Shown one piece after another: positions 43,743 to 55,900 of a DNA stretch of 64,000 nt (positions are counted from its first letter, which is position 1; each line of letters begins with the position of its first letter). The notes below the pieces were generated by a model, which saw only the letters and a program-made list of their open reading frames with translations, ran no database searches and was not told the DNA's origin. Both the position numbers and the translations under genes were made by a program. Source of the stretch: Macrostomum lignano (lineage: Eukaryota); NCBI GenBank assembly GCA_002269645.1, contig NIVC01002521.1, positions 1 to 64,000 of the forward strand. The letters are read 5' to 3'.

Positions 43743-44399
43743 ACAGGTTAGCGCAGGAACAATATGCTTTAGTTTTGAATGAGGAATATTTAACCGAAAT
43801 GCGGGGCGGTGTGCTCAACATGAGGCTCCACATGGGATTCCTTCTCAAATTCTGGTTGTTGTCTTCCCATGTCTTCCTGCAAAGCCTAGCTATATCCCTC
43901 ACCCCATGTCCGTGTTTAATCTGGAAATGGAATCCCATTATGATTGCCTGTCAGGCTGGCATAGGGGGTCAGTCAGCAGAACAGCAAATACACAATATAT
44001 ATAAATAGCGGTAGTTTTGCTCAGTGATTCCCTCATTGGCTGGGCTAGAACACCACCCTCCCCTAAGCTGGGAGTGGCTTTTGTTCCAGAGAGATTTGGC
44101 CTCGCCTATGCGGTGAGCAGGACTCAGTTCAGTGTTAGGGGGGTGGCCGAAGGTTCCGGGGTTACCCTAAGGTGAGGGCTATATAGCGGGGCAAAGGTGT
44201 GTTGCTGTCAAGCTGCCCTCGCCCAGAAAAAAACACAGCCGCTAAAGTATTGAGCGCTTTTGACTGATTGGCTTTGCAGCTGAGCATTAAAGTAACTAAT
44301 TCTTTTTTCGGTATAATTTAGGTAAGTTGGCGTTCGTATAGGCAAATTACTTTATGAGAGATTATAGATAGATGGATAAATAGATAAATATATGCTGTC

Positions 44400-44444
44400 A
44401 TTATAGGTAGATAGTTAGATAGATATATAGGTAGCTAGATAGAT

Positions 44445-44509
<65 letters not shown>

Positions 44510-44532
44510 TAGGTAGGTAGGTAGATAGATAA

Positions 44533-44579
<47 letters not shown>

Positions 44580-44686
44580 GATAGATAGACAGATAGATGG
44601 ATAGATAGATAGATAGATAGATAGATAGGTAGGTATATAGGTAGGTAGGTAGGTAGGTAGGTAGGTAGGTAGGTAGGTAAGGTAGG

Positions 44687-44761
<75 letters not shown>

Positions 44762-44889
44762 GTATATAGGTAGGTAGGTAGGTAGGTAGGTAGGTAAGGT
44801 AGGTAGATAGATAGATAGACAGATAGATGGATAGATAGACAGATAGATAGATATAAACTAAGACGGACAGACAGACAGACAGACAGGCT

Positions 44890-44973
<84 letters not shown>

Positions 44974-44990
44974 GTTAGACATACAGACAG
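44400..44990. repeat. Compound microsatellite (GATA)n-(GGTA)n-(GACA)n
   Basis: Seen directly. Confidence 0.95.
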
Positions 44991-45589
44991 TTTATCCATA
45001 GAGTCCCATTGTTGGTGAGTCAGTCGCAGAGTACCTGTACAGGCCAGCGCGGACCCCGAGCTCACTCACGGCTACACCCGCTGCCTCAGCCAAGCAGGAA
45101 GTGAAACAGTTTGCTCCTCCGCCTCTACCCCCCGTGGAAGGCAACTCAGACAAGCAGACAGAATCAGACAGAACAGCCTGGCGAGTGGCGGCCTGACAGA
45201 GCCCCCAAATTCTCGATTATTTGATCGACCAAAAGACAAAATTCTCAACCGATCGGCCAGGGTAGCCGCCCTTCCCCCGGATACGTAGAGAATCTTCCCA
45301 GAAATCCTCACTCAATACAACAGTGAGTCAGCGATCAGAGAGTGCAACGGAGAGCAATAGTCTAAGAGATCAGCTGAAGTAGCCCGCCGCACCCGTTGCC
45401 CTGAACCAAGTCAACCTAGTCGTCAATATTGCATAGCCAAGTAACAGTAGCCCGCGGTGCTCAGGAATGCTGCTCAACCGGATAAATGTTTAATGCCTTG
45501 ATTGGATCCGGGAGAGCTTGACCTAGCCACTGAGCGGGCGGGGTTGGCGGCAGCTGAGCTGAGAATGGGCTAGGCTGCGGAATCACAAG

Positions 45590-46460
45590 ATATAGAGGGG
45601 TAAGACAAAGAGATAGAGGGTGTGACAAGGAGATAGAGAGGTGAGAAAAGGAGATAGAGGGTGCGACAGAGAGATAAATGGGAGAGACAAGGAGATAAAG
45701 GGGAGAGACAAGGAGATAAAGGGGTGAGACAATGAGATAGAGGGTGCGACAGGGAGATAAAGGGGTAAGACAATGAGAGATTGGGTGGAACAAGGAGATA
45801 AAGGGATAATACAAGGAGATAAAGGGGTGAGACAATGAGATAGAAGGGGTGAGGCAAGGAGATAGGGGTTAGACTAGGAGATAGAGGGGTGGGGTGGGAC
45901 AAGGAGATAGAGGGGTGGGACAAGGAGATGGGGTGGGACAAGGAGATAGGGGTGGGACAAGGAGATAGAGGGTGAGACAAGGAGATAGAAGGGGTGAGGC
46001 AAGGAGATAGAAGGGGTGGGACAAGGAGATAGGGGTGGGACAAGGAGATAGAGGGGTGGGACAAGGAGAGATAGGGGTGGAACAAGTAAAGATAGAGGGG
46101 TGAGACAAAGAGAGACAAAGAGATAGAGGGGTGAGACAGGGAGATAGAGGGTGAGACAAGGAAATAGAAGGGGTGAGACAAGGAGAGAAAGGGGTGGAAC
46201 AAGGAGATAAGGGGTGAAGATAGGGGTGAGTCAAGGAGATAGGGGTGGAACAAGGAGATAAGGGGTGAAGATAGGGGTGAGTCAAGGAGATAGGGGTGGA
46301 ACAAGGAGATAAGGGGTGAAGATAGGGGTGGAACAAGGAGATAAGGGGTGAAGATAGGGGTGAGTCAAGGAGATAGGGGTGGAACAAGGAGATAAGGGGT
46401 GAAGATAGGGGTGAGTCAAGGAGATAGGGGTGGAACAAGGAGAGAAGGGGTGAGAAAAGG
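45590..46460. repeat. Degenerate purine-rich minisatellite (ACAAGGAGATAGAGGGGTGRG)
   Basis: Tandem copies immediately upstream of IF exon 1. Confidence 0.9.
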
Positions 46461-46627
46461 GAAGAGGTAGAAAAGAGAGAGATGACAAAGACAGACATAA
46501 GAGAATAAGGAATCACATAAGCAAAATTTGACTTCAATTTGAATTTAGCAGTCTGAAGGAGCCATTACGTAATCTCACCAACTGCACCCACCGATGCAGA
46601 GGCGGCAAACACCGGACGAACAGCGAT

Positions 46628-46933
46628 ATGGAGCAGAACGTGCAGCTGTATCAGACACAGCAGGCCGGCAATGGCAAGAGGCTGGGCGGCCACAGCAAGA
46701 TGGAGATGACGGACGTGGCATCCAACTATACAGCCGTGTCCAACCCTAGACAGGCCATGGTGTCGCGAACCCAGGGCTCCAGCAGCGTGCACTACAGCTC
46801 AAAGACCTCTCGGTCTCGTCGCGCGTCGCTCGAAGCCGACATTCCGGATATTCAACACGTGGTGGAGGCTCGGGGACGGAGCAAGAAGGAGATGCAGGAG
46901 CTGAACGAGAGGCTGGGAGGCTTTATTGAGAAG
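46628..46933 (+). CDS. IF exon 1 (head and coil 1A start)
   Basis: KKEMQELNERLGGFIEK|GTTGGT. Confidence 0.88.
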
Positions 46934-49900
46934 GTTGGTTGACTGGGAATTGGGTAGCTTTGTTTGAAAAAGATGGGAGTAAGGAAAAAGTTAGAAAGAA
47001 ACAGGGGGAAATACGACGGTGAGAGGGTGAGATAAGAATGATAAGAGGATGTGGTGATGCGGGTGAAGGGTGAGATGTGAAGGTTGAGAGAGTGAGATGA
47101 GGAGGGTGAGGGGTGGATGAGGAGGGTAAGAGGGTGAGATGAGGAGGGTAAGAGGGTGTGATGAGGAGGGTAAGAGGGTGAGATGAGAAGGGTAAGAGGG
47201 TGCGATGAGGAGGGTGAGGGGTAGATGAGGAGGGTAAGAGGGTGAGATGAGAAGGGTAAGAGGGTGAGATGAGAGGGTAAGAGGGTGAGATGAGAAGGGT
47301 AAGAGGGTGAGATGAGAAGGGTAAGAGGGTGAGATGAGAGGGTAAGAGGGTGAGATGAGAAGAGTAAGAGGGTGAGATGAGAGGGTAAGAGGGTGAGATG
47401 AGAAGGGTAAGAGGGTGAGATGAGAAGGGTAAGAGGGTGAGATGAGAAGGGTAAGAGGGTGAGATGAGAAGGGTAAGTGGGTGAGATGAGGAGTGTGAGG
47501 GGTGAGATGAGGAGGGTGAGGGGTGAGATGAGAGGGTGAGATGAGTAGGGTGAGGGGTGAGATGAGGATGAGAGGGTGAGATGAGGATGAGAGGGTAAGA
47601 TGAGGTGAGAGGGTGAGATGAGGAATATAAAAGTTTGCGATGAGGACGGTGAGAGGATGAGATGAGAAGAGTGAGAGGGGGGAGAGGAGGGTGAGGAGGG
47701 GAGTGATGCGGAGTCTTATATGAGGGGAAATTCGAAATAATCAGCATAATTTCTTAAATTAGTGCTGATACGATATGATATATATGACTTCATCGTCGTA
47801 ATGTCTAACAGGCAATTAGAAAATAAAACTACTAGTTATTACTATCAAGGAACTCACCTTTGGAAGCTAAGTTTAGTCGCATATTTTGGCATAAAAGCTT
47901 GAAAATACATGCAACGGCGATAAATATAAGTTTAACTAGGAGAAATTTTCACACACTCGAAATGCGGATTGTCGTTCGTTCTCGGCCTCAGGCGTGGGAA
48001 TCTGCTGCAAGAAATCGGGTCCGCCTTGCTGACCGCTGAGTCATTGAGTCCACTAAAATGTGTGATGAAGCACTACTCTGAGTACGATGCTATTTAGAGT
48101 CGAAGTACACAAATAAACTCACACGGAGGCGGTGAGACTGCACTAAAACTATCGGAAAGGGTCAGACCACGCTATAACTACAGTTGGGGGAGGTCAGGCT
48201 ACACTAAAACTACAGATGTGGGAGGTCAGACTGCACTAAAACTACAGATGTGGGAGGTCAGACTGCACTAAAACTACAGACGTGGGAGGTCAGGCTACAC
48301 TAAAACTACAAACATGGGAGGTCAGGCTACACTAAAACTACAAACATGGGAGGTCAGGCTACACTAAAACTACAAACATGGGAGGTCAGGCTACACTAAA
48401 ACTACAGATGTGGGAGGTCAGACTACACTAAAACTACAAACATGGGAGGTCAGACTACACTAAAACTACAAACATGGGAGGTCAGACTACACTAAAACTA
48501 CAAACATGGGAGGTCAGACTACACTAAAACTACAAACATGGGAGGTCAGGCTACACTAAAACTACAAACATGGGAGGTCAGGTTACACTAAAACTACAAA
48601 CATGGGAGGTCATGCTACACTAAAACTACAAACATGGGAGGTCATGCTACACTAAAACTACAAACATGGGAGGTCAGACTACACTAAAACTAGACATGGG
48701 AGGTCAGACTACAATAAAACTACAAACATGGGAGTCAGGCTACACTAAAACTACAGATGTGGGATGGGAGGTCAATCTGCACTAAAATTACAGATGTGGG
48801 AGGTCAGTCTGCAATAAAACTACAGATGTGGGAGGTCAGACTACACTAAAACTACAAACATGGAAGGTCAGACTACAATACGCTCGTAAAGCTACAAACA
48901 TGGGAGGTCAGACTGCACTCAAACTACAAACATGGGAGGTCAGACTACAATAAAACTACAAACATGGGAGGTCAGACTACACTAAAACTACAAACATGGG
49001 AGGTCAGACTACACTAAAACTACAGATTTGGGAGGTAAGACTACACTAAAACTACAGATTTGGGAGGTAAGACTACACTAAAACTACAGATTTGGGAGGT
49101 AAGACTACACTAAAACTACAGATTTGGGAGGTAAGACTACACTAAAACTACAGATTTGGGAGGTAAGACTACACAAAAACTACAGATGTGGGAGGTCAGA
49201 CTACACTAAAACTACAAACATGGAAGGTCAGACTACAATACGCTCGTAAAGCTACAAACATGGGAGGTCAGACTGCACTCAAACTACAAACATGGGAGGT
49301 CAGACTACAATAAAACTACAAACATGGGAGGTCAGACTACACTAAAACTACAAACATGGGAGGTCAGACTACACTAAAACTACAAACATGGGAGGTCAGA
49401 CTACACTAAAACTACAGATTTGGGAGGTAAGACTACACTAAAACTACAGATTTGGGAGGTCAGACTACAATAAAACTACAAACATGGGAGGTCAGACTAC
49501 ACTAAAACTACAGATTTGGGAGGTAAGACTACAATAAAACTACAGATTTGGGAGGTAAGACTACACAAAACTACAGATGTGGTAGGTAAGACTACACTAA
49601 AACTACAGATTTGGGAGAAACTGTATTTGGGAGAAAGATATTTGGGTAATAAACTAAAACTACAGACATGGGAGGTCAGCCTGTAATAAAACTACAAACA
49701 TGGGTGGTCAGACTGCACTAAAACTACAAACATGGGAGGTCAGACTACACTAAAACTACAGATTTGGGAGGTAAGACTACACTAAAACTACAGATTTGGG
49801 AGGTAAGACTACACAAAACTACAGATGTGGTAGGTAAGACTACACTAAAACTACAGATTTGGGAGAAACTGTATTTGGGAGAAAGAGATTTGGGTAATAA

Positions 49901-52900
49901 ACTAAAACTACAGACATGGGAGGTCAGCCTGTAATAAAACTACAAACATGGGTGGTCAGACTGCACTAAAACTACAAACATGGGAGGTCAGACTACAATA
50001 AAGCTACAAACATGGGAGGTCAGACTACACTAAAACTACAAACATGGGAGGTCAGACTGAACTAAAACTACAAACATGGGAGGTCAGACTGAACTAAAAC
50101 TACAAACATGGGAGGTCAGACTGAACTAAAACTACAAACATGGGAGGTCAGACTGAACTAAAACTACTAACATGGGAGGTCAGACTACACTAAAACTACA
50201 AACATGGGAGGTCAGACTGAACTAAAACTACAAACATGGGAGGTCAGACTGCACAAGAGCATCAGATCAACCTAAATAAACTCACCTGGAAACTGCTGCC
50301 TGCCCCCCTTTTCAGACCCGCTACCTGCAGGCTCAGAACAAGAAGCTCAAGGACGAGCTGGCCGGCTTGAAAGCGCGCTGGGGCAAGGAGACCGAGAAAA
50401 TCCGTCAAATGTACGATGTGGAGCTCAAGCAGCTCCGCCGTCTGCTGGACGATGCCGAGCGAATGAAGGGCGAGAAGGACGCCAAACTGGCTTCGCTTGA
50501 TGCCTACAACAAGGACATGCGAGAACAGTGAGTTGCCACCTTGCACTGCTCTGTAGTTTCTGTAGTACTCCAATTCACGACCATGGGGCCAACCCAAAAG
50601 GTACAGTTTGTGTACATGTCTGACGATTAGAAAGTTAGGGATAAATGTACACACTGTGCGAGCGTCCAAGTGCTCAGACGTCGGCAGAAGGAGCATAGCT
50701 GCTTGACTTTGTCTTATTGAATTAGTTAAAGAACAACTCCAGTGCTTAAATTAAATCTTTGTTAGACAATTCATCGTTCTAAGATTTTGTCTTTTATGAA
50801 AGAAACCCGATTTGAAGCTAATTATAGCTACATGTTAAAGCATTATGCAATGAAAATAAGTGCCCATCTTTGATGGGAGATTCAATGCGAGTGTTAGACG
50901 CCGACTGCATTACCCAGACAGCTGCTAGTTCTCGTCCGCTTGCACTTAGCAACCGAATAAATTCGACCCGCACCCCGACCAGTCTGGTCAGTTCGGCTGG
51001 ACTCTAAGGCATTGATTTTTTAGCCTACATGTAGCTAGCTCCCATTTGTTGATATACTTAGCTCAGTCGCAATCCCAACTAGACTCAGCAATAAACGCAG
51101 TCAGCAGTAGCCCCGAAAAAAGGGCGATCGCTCATTTCACCTCCATTTGGTCAAAGGAACTGTTAGCTACTTCTCTCTGCATGGCTAGCGACAGATTTTA
51201 GCAGCACACTAAGCAATTTTTCTTCCCCTTGAAGGGTAGAAGAACAAAAAAATATTTTTTCGGCACTGCAGGGGTGGTATGTGCACTGATTGGACCAACT
51301 TCATTTGGGCGGACTGTGCTCAGGTCTTATAAAGTATATTTCACTTTCTGGTTTCGATTTAGGTTTATATTTATATTCACCAACTCGGGGTGCACTATTT
51401 CTATCGCAGTACTAACAGTTAGCTAGTTACTGTTGACAAGAGATTAAGCTTGCTTGCTATTGTATTTTTGTAAGTCTCTATGCATTACCCTAACATTGTT
51501 TAGTCTCGACCACAGATACTATATAATAGTATATAGTATCTGTGGTCTCGACTTTGGGGCGCATGTAGAAGTCTTTAACCATGAGCGGGCGGATGGCCCG
51601 ATTTCGGGTCATCCCGCCAGCACCGAAGCGAACGGCTGCGCGTTTGTAAAAGTCTATGGCAAATCAATCATCATCTCAGCACACCCGTTCCCGACGGGAT
51701 TGGCCCGATTTCGGGTCAGTGTCTAAGAATGTTGCAAATAGTAGATGACACAAAAATGAGAGTTATTAGCTTAGATATGTCATACCTGTAATTTTAATAA
51801 CTCGTTTATAATAAAACTACTGTGGAAGTTTTCAACAAAGCTGTAAAAATTTATTGTACGAAGTAAGCTTGTTCCCAATGAAGCCGCAATAGTCTAATTA
51901 CATGACTTATAAGGGACAATTTCCAAGTAGGAACAGATGTAAACACTAGAGCATCTGTAAGATACGAGTAAGCAGGATGGTACAATGAGTAGGTAGGTAG
52001 GTAGTTAGGTAGGTGGTTAGGTACATGTGGGCAGGTGATGAAAGGGAACGGCCAGTTAAGGGATTGTGCCTGAATAGGAGACTCAGAACTGTGATACATG
52101 CACTTGCACGAGACTGCAATAGACGAATACACGAATAATGCAACGCATAACAATTCTGTGAATAACGAACATTAACACCAACAAAAATTCGATTACGTAA
52201 TAACAGTTTTGATTCATCTAATGGTTTAAAGGTAATAAAGCTAATAGCTCTAATAGTTAGTGCGAGTGCCAGTGTGAAAACAGGCACCTAGGCAAAGGGC
52301 TGGAACTCCCGGGCAGGCTTCGCAAACGAATATAGTCTTCTTGACCTAGCCAGCTGCATAACACACACGACATCTTTTGCGTGTTCGGACCTGGTCTCCG
52401 ATTCTTGGAGCCTTTTGCTTGGTGAATGGGCGTCAGCACCATCTCCTCCGCCAATAGCAAGAGCGCCAGCACCACCTGGTGTAGGTCCACGTCTCCTGGC
52501 AACCCCAGTGTCCTCCACAAGACTCTTTATTGCCAGCCTCAGAAACTGCAGAAAGGTCTTTGTGCCACCTGACTGTCGGTAGATCACCCATGAGTTCCGC
52601 ACAAGCATCGCAAGAAGATGAAATCCCAGCTTGTGGAACCAGCGCATGCTCTTTCTGTTCGCGAGATACGGGTGCATTGAGGCGTCAAAATGGTCAATCC
52701 CGCCCATACGAGCTACTGGAAGAATAGGCAAGCACGCTAGAAGGCTTTTGCACCACCTGCTTTGCACCACCGCGACGGTTGCGTTGAACCTGAATGCATT
52801 CTGCCTTGCCCGCCGTGTCCAGCAAATACAGGGTCTTGGTGCCGCTTTGCTTCCTGTCGACAAATTTACACGCTTAGAGGTCACCTGAACATGTAAATGC

Positions 52901-55900
52901 AGATGAAGTTGGGTGGATGTTGACAGCCTGCAAATCAGCGGGAATGCCGCGATCCTTCCGCGCCGTCCCGGTCAGCAGCGTATCGTGTTGCAACCAATCG
53001 GCCAGCCGGCGTGATGTAAACCAACTATCAGTGAACACACGATGTCCGAGATGGAGGAGACCGCGGCACAGCTCTGCCACAACTCTCTGGCTCATACTTA
53101 AGCCTTGACATCCGAGTCCTTCACCAAACTGTTGATTAACCTCAGGAGACGTGTGTATGACGAAGTTCCATAAATATGAACTCTCAGTCTCGCAGAGGCA
53201 GTACAGCTTTATGCCATACTTGCTTCGCTTCGACGGGATATATTGCTTGAAAGCAACTCTCCCTTTGTAAAGCACCAGCGTCTCATCAATTGAAAGTCGC
53301 TGTCGGGGCATGTAGTTATTGCTGCAGAGGTGCCTCACACGATCGAGAAAGGGCTCTATCTTTGCCAATGGACCAGCACCTAAAGCCTCGGAGCAGTCGT
53401 AGAAACGGAGACACGACGGAGCTGCTTAAATCGGTCTCTTGATAGAGAGAAAGGCTTGGAAAGAAACGGGCAGTGAAAGATCAGGTCGGTTGACCAGTAG
53501 CTGGCTATTTCTGGCTTCTTGTCGACTCCCATGAGCAGCACAATGCCCACCAACTTTCGATCGAGCTTCATTAGTGGAGCAATCACGCCAGTTTAACACC
53601 AGCTTCGGTACAGCATCCTGAGTCTCTGCCTCCTGAAAGATCTTCCAAGCTGTTGCGTTGGTCCATCGGCTAATTATCTTCAAACAGTTGATCCGTCAGA
53701 AATAGCTTCAGGAAAGCTTCTTCGTTTCCATCCGCAGCATGTGGAGAATGCCAATCAGGTCGTGCACCGGGGGTACCGAGGAATTGAGGCAAGGCTGATG
53801 GTCGATTATCAGTGTCAGCTTGAACCATGTGCCACTCACCAACGTGTTCGACTCCTGTTTTCTCTACCTCATACTCAAACTCATCAACGGCCTCGTCAGC
53901 AGTTGAGTAATAGCTAGACGAATCAGCTGACTCCGGTTTTGTTGATAAACGATTAGTTTGAATGGATCTTGGAAACTCTATGCTAGAACTCTATGGAATG
54001 CATTTGACTTTAACAGCTCCCGACGTCTACAGGTGTGAAAGTTAGACTAAGAAAATTTGTCTAATTTATCTATGGCCCGACTTCGGACCAAGCCGTCGGG
54101 AACGGGTATGCTAGCAGGCAAAGCCAGTCTTGTAGTGGTTTTAATTGAAGTCCGGTCTATACCGCATTAGGTGCACATGCAAGAATATATAGTCTGGGGG
54201 GTTATCTGGTGCATAAGCTATTTCTGAGACTATTCAGTTCACGATGGCTTCAGAATCTATTCAGGAACAAAATTATTTGTCTCGGTCGTAGCTTAGGGTT
54301 GCTTAACTCTGCCATTGTGGGTTACTATTATGGTTGCTATGGTACAGATTTCGGTACTTTTATGCTTGTACTTTAATGAAGTACTAACTATTGTAAGTAC
54401 AATTAAAAGTACTGTAACAGATTTTGTTCAAACTGCTGTTAAGGGTGCTCTGGTGGTGTGTTTAGGGACGTAATTAAGTCATGGTTCGGCATCATGTTGC
54501 AATTTAAAAATGTTCAAACCCCTCCAAACCAGACTGACGGAGTCCAACAACCAGAACGAGAGTTGCAACGAGAAAATCGACCGTCAAAATCACGAACTAT
54601 CCGATCGGGACGGCGAAATTGCTTTGCTCCGGCGACGGCTCGCCCAGTTGGAGGGCGAGAAGACGCGAGTGAAGCAGCAGATGATCAAGATGAAGGAGGA
54701 TTTGGCCCGTCTCCACACGGACCTGGACGCTGAGACAGCCACTAGAATTGGTGCCCAGACGGAGAATCAGACACTGAAGGAGGAGCTGGAGTTCCTCAAA
54801 CGTGTTCATGATCAGGTCAGCATTTGCTTTCAAGAAAATAGGCCTTGAATTTAAAGCCTTTTATTCAAGCAATCTTTTGGCTTTCGTACAAACCTTCGAT
54901 CTATATGGCGCATGTACACGAATTTTGGACAGTAGCTGAAGATGTAATTTAGTTAAATGCCATGTCTAATTTTTTAACTCTAATAGCTTGTGTAGAGGGT
55001 CGCGATTTAAGCACATGAATATAGAATCGTAAATCAAATAATGAAGCGGTATTGGTAGTTACTAATAATTTGACTGTTAAAAATATTTATCAGGAAATCA
55101 AGGAGCTCTACGTGCTAGTTAAGAAGGACGAAGATGAGAGTCGCGAATTCTGGAAGACCGAGCTGGGACAGGCTATCCACGAGATTCAAAAGGAGTACGA
55201 CGACAAGGTGGACCTCGTGCGGGTGGAACTGGAGGCTGTCTACATGAATAAGGTGAAAAATAACGCTACACACACTTAATTCAACCAAAATGAACCCGAC
55301 TCCCACATGATGCAGCCCGCACCATTTCCCATCCTGTGCATATACTATATAATGTACCCACAACTCCCCCAATCTGTACTGTACTCTGTATTCTGTATGT
55401 AAAAAGCTTCAGACGATATCATACAGAAATTTTCTCTCCAAAGCAACATTCTCACTGAACTTCTGCAACCCCACTATTGTGTTCCAGTTCCATGAGGTAA
55501 ACAACTAACAGACCATCACACTACCTAAATTTTAAAGACTAACGTCCATTCGTAACACGTAGCAGGTTTATTTATAGCCCATATAGAAAAACATTCTTTC
55601 ACAGTATTTTTCACAGCATTAGTACCAGTACGCCTCAAGCTTTTGTCACCGCAGTATAAATCCCAAAATATCGCAATATTCCGTCACCGAAACTTCTTGT
55701 ACAGCATTTCTGCTTTCTTATGTCACTTTTTTACATAGCTGTAATAAACTTGTCTGTTTTAAATGATTACTGTAAATTCAATGTTTTCTAGTTTAAAATA
55801 ATCAAAATTTAGTCCTTCAGAGGGTGCAGCTACCACTTCAATGGGTCTCTCAGTGGGTGCAGCTACCACTTCAATGAGTCTCTCAGTGGGTGCAGCTACC

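Noticed and set aside
50262-50696. Minus-strand ORFs over IF exons (also 54597..54833, 55115..55372, 57333..57584)
   Set aside because: Antisense shadows of coiled-coil exons.
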